Assembly: GCA_964106645.2 (NCBI GenBank)
Contig: OZ067042.1
Length of the DNA stretch: 64,000 bases
Source of the DNA: Podarcis pityusensis
Taxonomy: Eukaryota
Reading direction: 5' to 3' (one strand)
Numbering within the stretch: the first letter of the stretch is position 1; the number at the start of each line of letters is the position of its first letter. The notes beneath the pieces are model-generated. The model was not told the DNA's origin and did not search any database. It saw only the letters and a list, made by a program, of their open reading frames with translations. Positions 25,601 through 40,600 of the stretch are shown in pieces. The translations under genes were made by a program, and so were the position numbers.

Positions 25601-28600
25601 TAGGTCTTCTGCTGTTCGTTTGTCTTCTCCTGTGACATCCTTATAAGGCAAAATAAAGAGTTCTGCTGATGTGGGTAAACCTGGCAGGATTGCCACCAAG
25701 ATATGCTTACTGGAAATGCCTGTTACCTAGTATGCAGAAAGAAAGGGTGATGATATACCAGGGTAGCATCAGAAGCCTTGAAATTAAGAGGACTAAAATC
25801 ATTCAGTCAGCTAAAATACCGATAGATAGATAGATAGATAGATAGATAGAGGGTGAGTGGAATCCAAGGTTGCACAAGCAGACTTCGGCTTGCTTTCCCC
25901 TCCTCACTGCTTTGGGTCCCCCCAAGCTTCCTGCAATCTTCCAAGGCAGATTTTGAGGCATGGGGTTGCATGGGGGAGTTGTTCCACCCGCTTGATCATT
26001 TTGGTTGCGCTGTTCTGAACCTATTCTAAGTCCACAATATCCTTTTTGGAGTGAGATGACGAGAATTGCCAATGACACGTGCTGTTTACAAAATAAAGAA
26101 ATAATTTTTTCTGGAATATACAATATTCCATAGATTTTTGTAATGGCATTATGCTATTTGCATTTTTTATTTTCAGTTCCTTTCCTAATGGTCCCTAGCA
26201 TGGAATTTGCTTCTTTTACAGCCATCACACACATCTCCACTGAGCTATCTACTACCACCCCAAGGTCTCATTCCTGGTCAGTCCCCGCCAAATCAGAACC
26301 CATGAACATTTATGTGAAATTAAGAAAAAAAATTTGCCCCAACGCACAACACTGTTCATCTATGCTTGAGCTTCTGAAATTCCCTCCCTCCAAATTTCAC
26401 CCAAAAATCTGGTGGTTTGAAGTGGTTGGTCATTGCTGTTGTGGAACAAGTGGGATGGCCTATGATTCCATTTGTTTCCATTTCTATATTTTATAAACAA
26501 CACTGTGCAGGCACAGTTATATTTTGCTGTTGCTTTTCTTCCTGTCATTCAATTACATTATCCCCCCCCCCCCAATTTCTGGTTAGCCACTGCCATGATC
26601 ATGTGCTCATTAAACTGTTTCTTTTTATTATTATTAGTCAATGGAAAACACAATTAAACTCCCTTACAACCCCTTAACATTCCCTGCTGAGAAATTCATA
26701 CAGAGAAAAACAGGTTGCTTATCCAAGAGAAGCTAGAGAAAGTGGACTATTGTGAAGGGTTCCCCACAAAATATGTATTCACAAACACGCTTGCTCTGTT
26801 GTCACAAACACTGTGTCAATCACATTGACTTCAGTAGAACTGCACCAGTTTCACAGGCTAGATAATTACTTCCCCAAGAATATTATTTTGCACAATGGGT
26901 CCCAGTACTCCCTTGCTCTGTGTTCTGGAACACCTACTCTATAGAGAAAAGGTGGCAAAGAAATGTGCATTTCAGTTTTTGATTCCATATTGCTAAGTGA
27001 ATGCAGCAGGGGTGATTAATGAACTGCATTATCAAAGCTCAGGCACAGGGCAGCCCTCAGTGACCTGGAAAGCCTTGGTGTACTGTCTGAATGCCACCAC
27101 GGTCGTGGATAAAATGAAGCAGCGCAAACTGAAGGGAAAATGAGATGAAGACTGCAGGCTGGATATCTAAACTGCTTCTCTCTTTAGCTACAAATGAAAC
27201 AAGATAAATTTTCACATATTTCAGTACATGGCAAAAGAGAAACATATTGTTACAGATGCAAGAACATGTCAGAGGTGGCTTCCTCTTGGAGCCATGAGGA
27301 ACAAAACCAGAACTGTTTGTGTTTCCCAAATTCAGCTAATGCTGATTCCCAGAATAACCCTGCAAAATCACTGGAGAGTTTCTGCAAGTGGTATTATAGA
27401 GGGGTTCCTGCAGGTGAGAGCTTCCAAAGCGAGTGCTGGACAGAGGGGAAAAAATGCATCACACAGAAGTGACAACTTATTTCCACACTTACGTCCACCA
27501 GAGCATTCTTGATGACTCGACTGATGTCTCGTCTCCATTCAGGAATGTCTGGATTGTAGTCATCCAGATTTGGAGAGAACGATAACCGTAGCGATTGAAA
27601 TTGCTCTAGGGGAAGACGGGATGGAGAGAACGAAAAGGCTATTATGAGTGAAAACTCCTGGGACGTGGCTACTGAATTTTTAAAATGTGCTTGGCTTTCT
27701 AATCAATTAGATTGATGTGCATATTGGACAACACAGCTTGATTAACATTCTGATCCTATCACTTGGCTGTGCCGGCAAATAACTGTTTAGAATTAGATCT
27801 ACCAATTGTTCAATCAGAACAACATTATTTATGATGATGCACTGGTGTAGCAGGAAGGATGGAAAGGGATGGGAGTGGGGGAACCTAGAATATTATTATT
27901 ATTTTTTTTACACTGAGGGTATAGTGAAGCTTTCCCCCGCATCTGTATATCTATCTATCTGTGCATCTGTCTACCCGTCTGTCTGTGTAGCCATCTATTT
28001 TACAGGGAATTTAAATGGCACTTGAAAGGTTTTTGGAAAAGTTGCAAAAGTTTAGCTAACCACAATGTAGCCTAAAAAGAGAGAGGGAGATGTCAGGGCC
28101 ATGGTAGGTGTATGAATCAGTTGTTGGATGTCTTGTCTTTGTACAGTTTTACATTATTATGTTATATCTGTGCTTTGCCCCATTATCAGAACGGTGCATG
28201 ATGTTACTTAAATCCTGTAAACCCAAACAACATCCAGAGTCTCCTGAGCTGGTTCTGAAGTGATACTTCAGGTCTGCTTCTAATTAAATCAACTTTAACT
28301 TTGCTTTGACACGGACTACACTGTTAATGCAGGTAAGTCTGGAGCCTTATTGGCAATCGGCTCATTAAGTGTTAATGGTCCATAAACCAGGGGACAGAAC
28401 CTGCATTCCATCAGGCAGAGCCCTCATTTGCATTAATTGCTTTGATTCCCTCCTCCCTTTCTGTATCTCCCCAAAATGCCGGCATCTTACATAGCAATTA
28501 GGGTGTTTGTCTTTTGAAAGGATACAAATGAAACACTCCAAAACATCCCTCAAAATAAGAGAGGCTGCATGGCAATTATTTTAAAGTGCTAAACAGCAGG

Positions 28601-31600
28601 GGAACCGAGACTGGGGATTTAGGAGAAGTGTTACACTGAGCTCAGCATTTGAAACACAAGAATTGGGTATTCTATGCAAGTTAGTTTTGCAGGAGCTCTG
28701 AGCATTACATTTACATTTTACAACTTGGATTTTTTTTTCACCAAAACAACCTTGGGAACATCAAATGGGAGAAATGCAAATGGTAAGTGCATTTTGGCAG
28801 AAAGTATTTTTTAGTCTGCACACGAGGGAAAATATATGGAAATGTTTAAGCCCCACCCCCTATCCCTAATACCCCAACAACATCTCTTATCCATGCTACT
28901 CTTTAGGCTTCTGCAGTTTGGCAAAGGCGTTGAGTGCTGTTCCACTAAAGTGAGAGTCCAACTCTGTGGGGTCAGTTCACAGTCTATTTTGCACACTGCA
29001 TAGAATGTGTCTCTTTTCAACCAGATTTATGTCCAGTGTGTTGAGAGACAACTACTGCACTTTTCTAAGTATGGTAAGTGTAGGCATAGGACCACAGGTG
29101 CAATGAATGTTAGGGTGGCATTAGGCTTCAGCACTTGAACTGAGCATGTGCTGTCACTATGGATATAGAACAAGAGAGTTTTGGGAGATGTGTTTCCCAG
29201 ATGTGTTTTGATGTAGGCGTGAGTGCAAAAAAATTACGATTTTTATATGCAGTCCTGAACATCATGGGTGTTCTTTAATTCAGGTCCTTGCAGCTATGCA
29301 GAACTCCACAAAATGTAAGAGCATCAAACCTTCTCAGCTGCCCTTCTTGACAACTTGATCTTACAGATACATTTCCCCTTGAAAGCTGTTATCTTGTCTG
29401 TGTCCTTAGTTCCTTCTTCTCTGAGTAACATGTGTGTGGGGTGTGTGTATGACAGGACAACCGCTGCAGTAGTCTGAGAAATGAATCAATAACAGTGAAC
29501 AAGATAGGGCTCACCATACACTGCAATCATCTTGGTGTCTTGCAGAATGGCATTTCCTGCAGAAACCTGCACTGTGATAGTGTTCATCCCTTCGGTGGAG
29601 AATGTAAACGCAATGCTCCCTTCCAGGGTGATCAGTGGCTGCAAAGGTAAAAGAAGAAAGCAGGGAAGGTACTTAATGCTCTAGCTTGCCTTATTTTCAG
29701 TTGCACAGAGAGTCTGGCCAAGGACCCTTCTCCTAAACCTGCTGCTGAAAATAGACTTGGATTAAGGATGCCCAGTATTGTTGGCCTGAAGAAGGGAACC
29801 ATGGAGATATTGAGCAACAAAATAAATAAATAGCCACCCACACCCACACACCCAAACACTGGGATTCCTAGAAGCTCCAATTTGAGGTAGGATAAGTGGA
29901 ACATCGATTGGCAGTCTTATCCATTTGAACACCCTCAACACAATCCAGACCACAGAGTACACCAAGAAGAAAACAGATGAGCTAGGAATATGACTCTGTA
30001 GATTAACTCAGGTGACTCAAGACAGTCAGCATACAGGTGGACAAACGCCTCCCAAAATAACCAGCCAATTCTCATATTTCAAAATATGAGAAGGAAACTC
30101 TTCCATTGAACCATTTTAGATATCAGTGGTTATGACGGGGACAGATTTTGGTACTGTTGCTGATCTTGAGAAAAATAACCCTTAACACTGCAGCCCCTAA
30201 CACATGCATGAAGTTATTTTACATGAGGATCCTTTTATTACCTATCCTCACAGTAACATAGAGACAAAGATAACGCGTATTTCCATCTTATCAAAGGGCA
30301 GTACAGGTCAAGATTATCACTGGATGTGAATGGATATAAAAATAAGAGTTAATGAAGCCTCTGCAAAAGTGCTTAAGAACAATCAGTTCAGCTGGTGGCA
30401 AAAGTGCTGCAGATTTCTGGCTTTCAATCAGGGACAAATAATTCAAGGTTTATGCAGTAAGATCCTGGATACAAGCATGAGGAATGTGTCCTCACAGGTG
30501 GCATGAACAAAGGGAAAAATATAAGGGAATGTAAAAGTTGGAACAGAAAAGAGGGAGAAGACCTGAAGGAGGGTCTCCACCCCCATCGTTCTGCCCGGAC
30601 ACTGAGGTCCAGTGCCAAGGGCCTTCTGGCAGTTCCCTCACTGCGAGAAGCCAAGTTACAGGGAACCAGGCAAAGGGCCTTCTCCATAGTGGCACCCACC
30701 CTGTGGAATGCCCTCCCACCAGATGTCAAAGAGAAAAACAACTACCAGACTTTTAGAAGACATCTGAAGGCAGCCCTGTTTAGGGCAGCTTTTAATGTTT
30801 GACGGACTATTGTATTTTAATATTATGTTGGAAGCTGCCCAGAGTGGCTGGGGAAACCCAGCCAGATGGGTGGGGTATAAATAAATTATTATTATTATTA
30901 TTATTATTATTTATTATTATTATTATTACATTATTTCAAGAAAAAATAAACAAATAGAAAAAGCAAAAAAGACACAAATGGATTACCCTTTCATATGTCA
31001 CTCTAAAATGTAATGGGAAACCTTTTGCAGCCTTAGGGCTGCATTCTGTAGTGGGGGTCCCAAGGGCCATGAAGAAAGACCAGAAGCCTGAGCTTACCCA
31101 TCTTTGCTCAATTAACAATTCATCATACATCTTAAATCATATTCTGTAAGTGAATTCATTAGAATGGTGCATTATGTTTGCCACCTACCAACTGAGAACT
31201 GCCATGGTTTCCTGCAACAATGTCCTTGTTACATCAACTACCCCACTTATACAACCGAAGTCCTTTGGCTCACGAGATACTGTATTGGCAACCAAGTATT
31301 AAAGCTTGACACAATACAAACTACTTTGCTTTTGAGATACTATTGTGCTAGCGGCAGCCACTAATAAAACGTGTAACTTAGTTGCATCAATGCAGGGGAT
31401 TCTGTAGTAGCTACTGTCCTCTTAATACTTGAGTTTCCTTTACTTTCTCTTTCATCTTCGAGACCTACCACTCCTGGTTTCTGCACCATTTCTACCCCAT
31501 GTGTAAGCACCGCTACCTGGCTGTTGCCACGGCAATAGTATCCAAAAGAAAGCAGCACAATGGCCACTCCATAGCACACCAGGATGTGACAGTTTCCAAT

Positions 31601-34600
31601 CCCACTGGTAACAGCTTGTATCAGACACCTCATTTGAGCCTATATATCTTGCCTTGCACCAGAGACAAAGCATCAGATACGCAGTAGCAAGCAAGGGAAT
31701 TGGAACTAGCAGGCAGTTTCATAGACTGGCCTAATTTCACAAAGGCCGCCGCCAGAAATTTTATGCAGTGCAAGTCTCCCTCTTATCACCACGACTTATT
31801 TATTAGTATTTATTAAGTATATTTTGTAGCTTGCCCTTCATTGGGCGAACCCAGGGTAGGTTAAATAGTCCGACAAATAAGAGCAGGCAAAAAGGCAGCA
31901 GATTTAAAATTTACAGCCATTTATGTGGCAAGAGGTGTCGTATATAAAGGAAACTGAGATAAGAGAAACACACTGCATATCTGTGTTACACCCGAACTGA
32001 TCCCCTGGATATATGAAAAATTATTCAGTCATGCTAGCAGTTGCCACCACCCTAAACAGCCGGGACTAAACTTTTGGGAGGTTAGTTGAATGTCGCTGCC
32101 CTACCACCCTGTCAACTACCTCCTGCTAGTGTGAGCTCTCCTAACTTCCTATTGAAATTCAAAGTAGCCTAATTGAGTCTAGCAACACAATTTATCAGGC
32201 ACCGATTAAAGATTTTTCTCCCCCCAGTGAACAAATGAGGGTGGGTAGTGGGTTATTTTGGCATACTGTTTTATGCTAACTACTGTCCGTAGGCAGGGAA
32301 ATGTACTACATGTCATTTCACTTCTCTTGGAATGTGGTAATGAGGCATTCTTGCAGCTTAACAGCACAAATGAGAACTTCGTATAGGTTTAGCATTATGA
32401 AAAGAGTAGGAGTTGGGACTCTCGGCAAACATTCCTTTTTACTAGTGCTACAGAGCACAACACACTGTAAAATACAGTTTCAAACCCTGGAGCAGTGCAG
32501 AGACATCATCAGCCGAACTCAGAACTTTATCTCTGAAGTCTGGGTTTGTAACATGAGGGTTTTTTTTTTGGTTTTTTTTAAAAGAGCTTGCATTTTACAT
32601 AAGGAAAGGAAAAAAGCCCCAAATCTTGGAATCTTTGATAATCTGTCACTCTGCAGTTTTCTCAGTTTGATCTCTTCAGCCGTGTCCAATGGGGGATTAG
32701 TGATTTGCATAAGATGCAAATTAGGCCTAAACAGAGACAGTTAAGCAAGTTTAAAAAAAAAAGCTGATTTGCAACATAAAAGTGCTGAGAGTTGCTCTCT
32801 GTGATTTGCAGGGCCCTGTAAGCTGTTCCCTGAGAGAAATCGCAAGCCCCGTGATAATGTTATTATGTCACAATTTAACAATTAATTTATCTCCATGAAA
32901 TACAAACCTCAGTGTTATTTCCAAACCACCAGATATAAGTCAGTGTTCCAACTTGACTGGGCCACAGGACTGCCGTGGCATTAACTTCTTTGTTCTTTGT
33001 TGTCACAAAGGGCAACGATAAATGGACATGTTCCAAAGGACCTGGAAACAAGAGAGAATGCGGAAAAGTGTAGATGAGTCTAGTTTTATGCATTAACACT
33101 CTATGATTGTCTTTGACCCCACCCTTGGTTTCAATAAGGGCTGCAGACTACTTCCCACAAATTCTTATTTCAACACCGGTTGCCATCCTGTGTGAACTTA
33201 TTTGAGAGGAAGCCCCAGTGGGGCTTATTTCTGAGGAAATAAATATAAGACTCAGTTATAAGGCTTCCACAGCCTCCATATTATTTATTCACTGACTCTG
33301 GGAAGCCATGGTCAGTCACAGCTTCCTAGTGCTGTGTATACATAGTGCTTTTAGTATACATAGAAGATAATTATACACAACGCAGTAGAGATGGGATTCA
33401 TACTCTAACCCAGAAGTGACTTTCATGCAGGAACGTTGCCATATGTAGAACAACCCTGCTCAGTATAGCTATCCTTAAGGTGAGCTGAAGAATGCTGATG
33501 GAGTTTGACCTTGTCAGGCCATGCTATTTTTTCCCACCACATTTACCAGATTACGGGTGATTATCAGGTTTTGTGGATGCTGTAGCACAGTCTATGATTA
33601 GGTTGGGAATGCTAAAGCAGCTTGCAGTGTTATGCTTTCTGACTGAGTATCAATCTCAAACACAAGCCCACACCCAAAGGAGTGCAGTTCTCCAGATTTT
33701 GTGAGTATTCTTTTCTCAATAACACATTACATGGGCAATTTATAGGATTAAAAGTGGCTAATTAGGATGAAAAGGACATTATCTGATGTCAGCAGCAAAT
33801 AAAAACAGATTGCTCTCACTATGACAGTCCAAAGCATATTAGCAAAACAAGTACTATTTTACAGAAGACCCCCAATTTCACCACAACCTGTTACAGCGTC
33901 CTGGTAAGCAGGGCTTTAAAACCCCTTAGCATCAGACCATGCATGGGTGCTACCCAACTGAATATGAGAGCTGTAACTTTTGTTGCACTGTGACAAATAG
34001 ACCACCTTTTCACTGAAACCTAAGTGCTTCAGCAAGTAATAGTCTGCTTGTTTTAAAACACATACCTGCAAACAATCCAATGTACAACATGGACTCAAGC
34101 CTCCAAACTCCAAATGCAGCTTAGGCAAACTATCACCGTACATTTATCTGGTGTTCTGAATGATCAGAAACACAAAATATGTGTACTGACACGATTGCTT
34201 ATTGAATTGTTTGGATCTGGATAATTAAATTTAATTATTTGATTCTAATTATAAACCAACTGTATCTGGGAGAAGTGGCACAATGACAATTCTGGATAAA
34301 GATTTCAGAGGAGCAACTTGCAAATGGTAAAGATAATGAGCAAAATCTTTGCTATGCAGAAGCCAACCAAACAAATATAGATGGCCATATCCTCAGGAGA
34401 CATTAAGTGGTAATTGGCTGAGTTAATACAGGGGTGTTGCTTTTTCTTGGGAATATATTGCATTAACGGGGGGCGGGGGCGGGGGGCCCTTACAGATTGA
34501 TAGGAAGAGTGTTGTAGGTCAACAGCAGAAATATCTATTTCTAGCAAGGATCCGTTCCAAAGTATTTCATAACTTCTTCACAAATCTAGTCTCCTTTTTT

Positions 34601-37600
34601 ATGCAAAGAGAATTTGCAAAATATCAGGGAAAGAATAGATTTATACTTGGCCCTACTGCCCTCTGTCTCTCATTTGGAACAATTTATTTTGAAAATAAAG
34701 AGAAGGAGGAAAGGAAAGAAATGCAACAATACCCAGAGAAAACAAGTTTTCCCACCAAGTATAACAAGGTAAGAGTCTTCTCCCCACATAGGTTATATTT
34801 TGAGTGGTGGAATGGTATCATAGCTGTTGTTTTCCTGCAAGCATTCTCAAGGTTGAGGCTTATTACCACATCCCTTTATTTCTGTTACAAAATATCCATA
34901 CACTATACGGACGAAGGTGTAGCACCCTACAGCACAATTAAGAGAAAGGCTGTAGCTCAGTGGTGGAGCACTTATTTCCTTCTAAGATTCCTTACACGCC
35001 TTTCACCATAAGGTCACAGGGCAGGTTATAATAATAATAAAAAAAAAAAACAAATTAAAAAATCAAATTAAAACAAGCAAACATGCAGAACCAATCCAAA
35101 TGAGATGGAACATTTTGGATGCAGAAAATCCCAGGTTCAAACCCTGGCATCTCTAGGTAGGACTGGGAATACCCCAGCCTGAAACTCAGGAAAGTCACCA
35201 GCAGTAATTGTAGAGACAATGCTGAGCTATATGGGCTGATGGTGGGACTCAGTATTAGGTAGCTTCCTAAGCTCCCAATGAAATTCGATTTCTTTCCATT
35301 ATTGTTATTCCATCTACATCTTACCGAGGAACCCAGTGTGGATTTTTTTTATACCTCTTGACTTTTGTTCATGTCAGGACTTATCTGGACATGGCACTGG
35401 GATCCCACCAAAACTACACCTTTGCATAGCTTCAAGAGAAAAGGTCTCTGTTGGTACTGGTGGGAATGATGGACAGCTGCTGCTTTATCCTATCTTTAGA
35501 AATGCGACTACTTGTAGGTGTTCACTCAATACAATGAGGAGGAAATGACCACAAGCTACCCATGACTAGGGATGGAAGGATCTGTCAATTTAGGTTCTCT
35601 CTTAATTACTCATTTTTTCCAGTCTTAAATCAGTTCTCCACATTTCTTAAGCAATTTCATGGAAATTCTTCAACCTTTCAGAGTGAATTTCTCCTGATAC
35701 CTTTTGCATGCAGTTTTGATTAAAGCACACATTTTTGCAAGCAATTGCTTCTAATATAATGCATATTAGCATGTTATTTCATGAATGTATTCATTTTACA
35801 CATATTTCTTCCTAATAGATGCATTTTTTGAGCAATGCTTGGCTGCATTAGGCGCATTGCAACATTTAGACAAGTGCAAATTTTAAAGGATGCTTGTGTT
35901 TTTGTTCACATACTTTAAAAAAAAATAAAAATACAAATTTGATAGATTTGGCTTCAGATGCAAACTGAAATGAATTTCTCCCCCATCCCTACCCATTACT
36001 ACTCTCTTTTAACTATCTAGGTTCTGCTTACTAGCATTATACATGAAAATTCATGGCAGTAGAGTTGGGAGATGGGGACCAGTTCTGTCTTCTGAACTTT
36101 TAGGAGCTGAACAAAATGAAGCAGAAACAATATATTGGTGTCACTTCCTATCTTCATTAGAAACCTTTTTATTAAAGCTCGAATGTGCAAAATGGCAACA
36201 TCTGTTAAGAATGTTGGATATTCAGGGTTGTATTTCCAACTACAGTAAGTCATACTCACGCATCAAAATCAATGGACTTTAGTTCATCATGTCCATTGAT
36301 TTCAATATGTCTGCCCTGAGTGTTACTTAACTGGATTCAGGTCTCCTCACCTAACTGGTGTAATCAGCTCTAAACTATTATACAAGCCTGCTTAATGTTT
36401 GATTATATTATTTATATTGTACATGCATGGAATGTTTCTTGGAAGTGGCAGTCCATGTAGATTGTTTGTTACACACATTTTCACTTAAGAAGAGGGGTGG
36501 GGACGCTCCACATGTGAGGCCAAGTTTCCTGCAATAAGTGCACATAATGGAAAATGGATATTTGAACTGGAAATTTGAAAAGTTGTTCACAAGATGTAAT
36601 ATGTGTTATGCCAGATAGATACAATATTGGCCTAACCAGGAGACCTCTTTCATTACATGCAGTCAGAGCAATCGGTGTTTGTGCAATGGAATCAAATATT
36701 TATTAAGCTATTATTAATTAATTATCCAAACTTGGCCTTGAGTACTCTGGTTAACATCCAGTATTTTGGTTTCATCCAATGTAATAGGCTGAACAAACTC
36801 AGCCATTTAGTTCTAATTGAAGCAGGCACATTCTGAATATTACAGAATCATAGGAAAATAGAGTTGGGAGGGACAACGAGGGTCATCTAGTCTAACCCTC
36901 AGCAATGCAGGAATCTCAACACATTGCCCCACCCAGCTTGAAACCCTACCAGACCATGCTTAGCTTTGCAAATGTGCTAGTGGTTTTATTGCTGCCCCGT
37001 TAGGAACAGTTCACAAAAGTGACTTATGAAGAATCATGAGTAGAACATAGATTCTACTTTGAGAGCTGAGCAGCTGTGTGTGTGTGCGTGTGTGTGTGTT
37101 TTAAATCACCAAAGCGGGTAATTATGATTAACTTCTGAAATCAGTGTGTTAGAAAACAAAAAAATGCAGCTTTGAAAATGCACCTTTGGAACAGCAGGTG
37201 GTGTTGTACTCCTATCTACACGATATTGAGAGCAATAAAAATACACATTACTTCTTCTTGCAGAGTTGGACAACCTTTTATGATCTTAGGGTCAATTGTT
37301 ATTTAAAACTTTTCAAGCCATCCTAAAAATATAGGGTTTGCCTCCACAAGGACCATTCATGTTCATGGAATTGGTATATCCTGTTTTCCTCACTCTGTGT
37401 ATGAGGCATTAGTGTGCTCACCCCACCCCCCCATACAGTGAGCGAACTAGGGACATGCTAGCTAGCCCTGTCATTCCCAGCATGTCACTGTCACTGGTCC
37501 TACAACCATCCAGGCTATGGAGGCAAACGTCTCTAGTGTGTATGTTCTCGTGCATCTGTTGGTTCAAGTCCCAAGTGCAGCTCTTTTGGGCAGAGGTAGC

Positions 37601-40600
37601 TCCATGGTAGAGCTTTGCATATAGAGGAATTGATATGCCTTGCATGTAGAAGATCCCACATCAGGTTGCAGGTGATGGGAGAGATCTCCACCTGAGATCT
37701 CTGCCTTGAAATACTTACCAGGCAGAGGGCCTTCTCAGTGGTGGTGCCCTCCCATCAGATGTCAAGGAAATAAACAACTATCTGACATCTGAAGGCAGCC
37801 CTGTTTAGGGAAGCTTTTAATGTTTGATGTTTTATTCTGTTTTTAATCTGTTGGGAGCCGCCTAGAGTGGCTGGGGAAACCCAGCCGGATGAGCGGGGTA
37901 TAAATAAATTAATAACAATAATAATATTACTACAAAGACCCAGTATAAGGCAGCTTCCTATGTGCTCTAATGTCTATGAGCAACGGTTATAAATAGAAGC
38001 ACCAATCCATTTTGGTTCTCTCTGTTTCTCATTTTTCTAGTCTTAAATTCATTTCTCCTCATTTTGCAGGCAATTTGTGTGGTTTAAAATAATGAGAAGA
38101 ATCCTCATGAAAATCCACCAGCTTTTTAGTGTGAATTTCTGCTCACAGATGGCAGACACAGTTTCATATGCAATTTTGATTAATGGATACATTGTTGCAA
38201 GTAATTTTCACTAATATAATACATGTTTATGTTAGTTTCACTAATGGCTTCACATTTATGCAGATTTTTCTGTAATATATGCATTTTTGTAAATATTGCT
38301 AGGCTCGAAAACTGCATCACAGAATTGTGATAAGTGCAAATTTTGAAGGATGGCTGTGTTTCAGTTCTCACAGTGGGAATTGGATAGATTTCAAATGCAA
38401 ACTGAATCAAATTTCTTCAGCAATCTTGTTATGGTTTTACAGAAAGTCTCTCTACATTTACAATAATCCTGGTTTGTTTATTTAGTAGATTCTTCTGGAC
38501 TAATTTTGTATTAGAACACCAGCTTGCAACTATTTGTTTATTTTATTTGTTTTAATCCTTTGTTTTCGTTATTTATTTATTTTTTAAAAATATATGTTTA
38601 GCATTCTAACCATAGGTATAAAGTTTAAAACCAGAGAGACACTGCCCTTTCTTGACCTTTAAAGCATATGCAACTGATCATGTGAATCAGCTTTCATGAG
38701 CACTAGGGACAGACTAGCCCTCTCTACCCTATAACTGAATACCTCCATTCTCTGTACCTGCTTGCCTTAGACTGCTGGGAGCCACAATTACTCAGTCTGC
38801 TGAGTAATTTGATTCTAGAAACACTGAGGAAAATATGAAAAGCTATGCCGCTTGTGATCCTGCTGAGAGCCTCAGTAACTTTTTTGCATTCTATTCTAAT
38901 GCTGTACACTGTGTTGATCAAATTATGTGGTGGGGAAACCCATTCCCAGAGAGGAATGACCCAGACAACGACTTTTCCTTTGTAGCTTGTGGCCTGCATA
39001 GGCAAATAGCTGCTCCATCAAGTGGCCTCATTAGCTTGCAAACAAAGTAGTGCACAGTGAAGATGGGCCCCTGCGGAATCATCTTCTGTCAAATTGTAGC
39101 AGATTGCATGGCCCTATGTTATCAGAGACCCCCAGAGCCTCTCTGGAGATATTACCAGCACTCAAGTGTGTTTGCAGTGACCTTTACAAACAAAGAAGGC
39201 CTGGCCTCCCCACCCCGCTGGCATTTTCATAAAGATGGGAAGAGATAAGAGGCTGAGAAGGCAATTTCATTTCTTTCATATTGATTTTGGTTATTTTGGT
39301 TGCTGATATTTAAATATTGATCTTAATCATTTCTGTATCCTTGTTTAGCTTTTGTGGCATAATGCTGAGAACTGCTTTATATAAATAAATACAAACTCAC
39401 ACACATATATATATAAATAAATAATTTGTTTAAGTAAAGATTGGCCAACAGAACTTTGTAAATTTTCTATCAAGGTTCAATGGGCTGCTTGCTCTTTATA
39501 TAAAACCTTAACTTTTGCATTTAAAAGCAGTGCTTTTTTCTGGGGGGTACACAGGGATACACATACCCCTGAACATTTTGTGAATCTTTGTACTTTTGTC
39601 CATTTACTGTATTTATTTTCCCCGATTTGTACTATAAAATGGTGGCTTTCTTGCCTCAAAATGAGAGTACCCCAAACATATTTTAAGAAAGAAAAAAAAG
39701 GCACTGCATATATCAGCTTAGGTATTTTCAACAGCTTCAAACTAAAACTTAGTATTGTGTTATAGTTCTTTCATGGGCCAGTATAAACAAAGGCCTGTTT
39801 GCACACTCTGTAAATCCCATCCTCTGAGAGCAAACTGATTATGTGAACAGAGTAGGGGCAGAAATTCCCCAAAATCAGGGCCCAGCGTGGAGCTGAGCAT
39901 GCTGTGGCTTCAGTGGCTCCTCCTCCTCCTATCATGGAGGGGAAGGGGGGGAGAAGCCCCAGCTGATGGCAGAGGCAGGAGGAGGAGGGCGATGAGGAGC
40001 CACTGGCCACTGAAGCCATGTTGCCACCCTGTTCCTGGCTCCTCCAACATCCTGATGTAAATTGGGGGTAGCACTTGCTCAACTTCCCGGCCCGCCCCAT
40101 CTCCCTCACAAGTTGGCACCTCTGCAGCAAGGCTTCCCTGTGCAGGATATAAATACATTAATAAACAAATCTTTCCAATTTTTCATGAGGAATCAGAATT
40201 GAGAAAGCACAGCACAAAGTGGTTGCCATCTCTCCTCCTGCTATACTAAAGAATCATACTAGGTCTGGGGCACTGTGGAAGAGGCAAAATGGCGGTCATG
40301 CTGCCAACACAGTTGCTACTGCCAGTTCTTGCAGCAGCAACAAAAAACAAATGGCAATCTGAGGGAAGTTGTGCTACTGACAACTGTGAGCCCCAGCCTG
40401 GATAAAAAGGTGGAGAATTTTCATCCTCCCTGGAGAAATTCAGTGAAATTGTGTCTCTGGTTACTTTACTCACAGATAGGGTGGGGAATTTTGAGAGGCC
40501 ATTTCCTCACAGCATTAAGATGTCCTGCTGATTTTTTTTTGGTATCCATTTCTCTTTCACTTTCATCTTCCCAAAGAATAAATGTTAATATAAAAGTGAA

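Noticed and set aside
32301-35011. Plus-strand ORFs of 147 aa (32301) and 136 aa (34601) as antisense genes
   Set aside because: No recognisable domains or splice structure; they run through homopolymers or SINE sequence and are consistent with chance ORFs
34947-35155. tRNA gene (A-box gtagctcagtggtggagc and B-box ggttcaaacc)
   Set aside because: Interrupted and followed by a SINE body shared with many copies; it is a SINE head, not a tRNA
39860-40125. GC-richer segment as a TIR element or exon
   Set aside because: Could not establish matching TIRs, a TSD or a coherent reading frame
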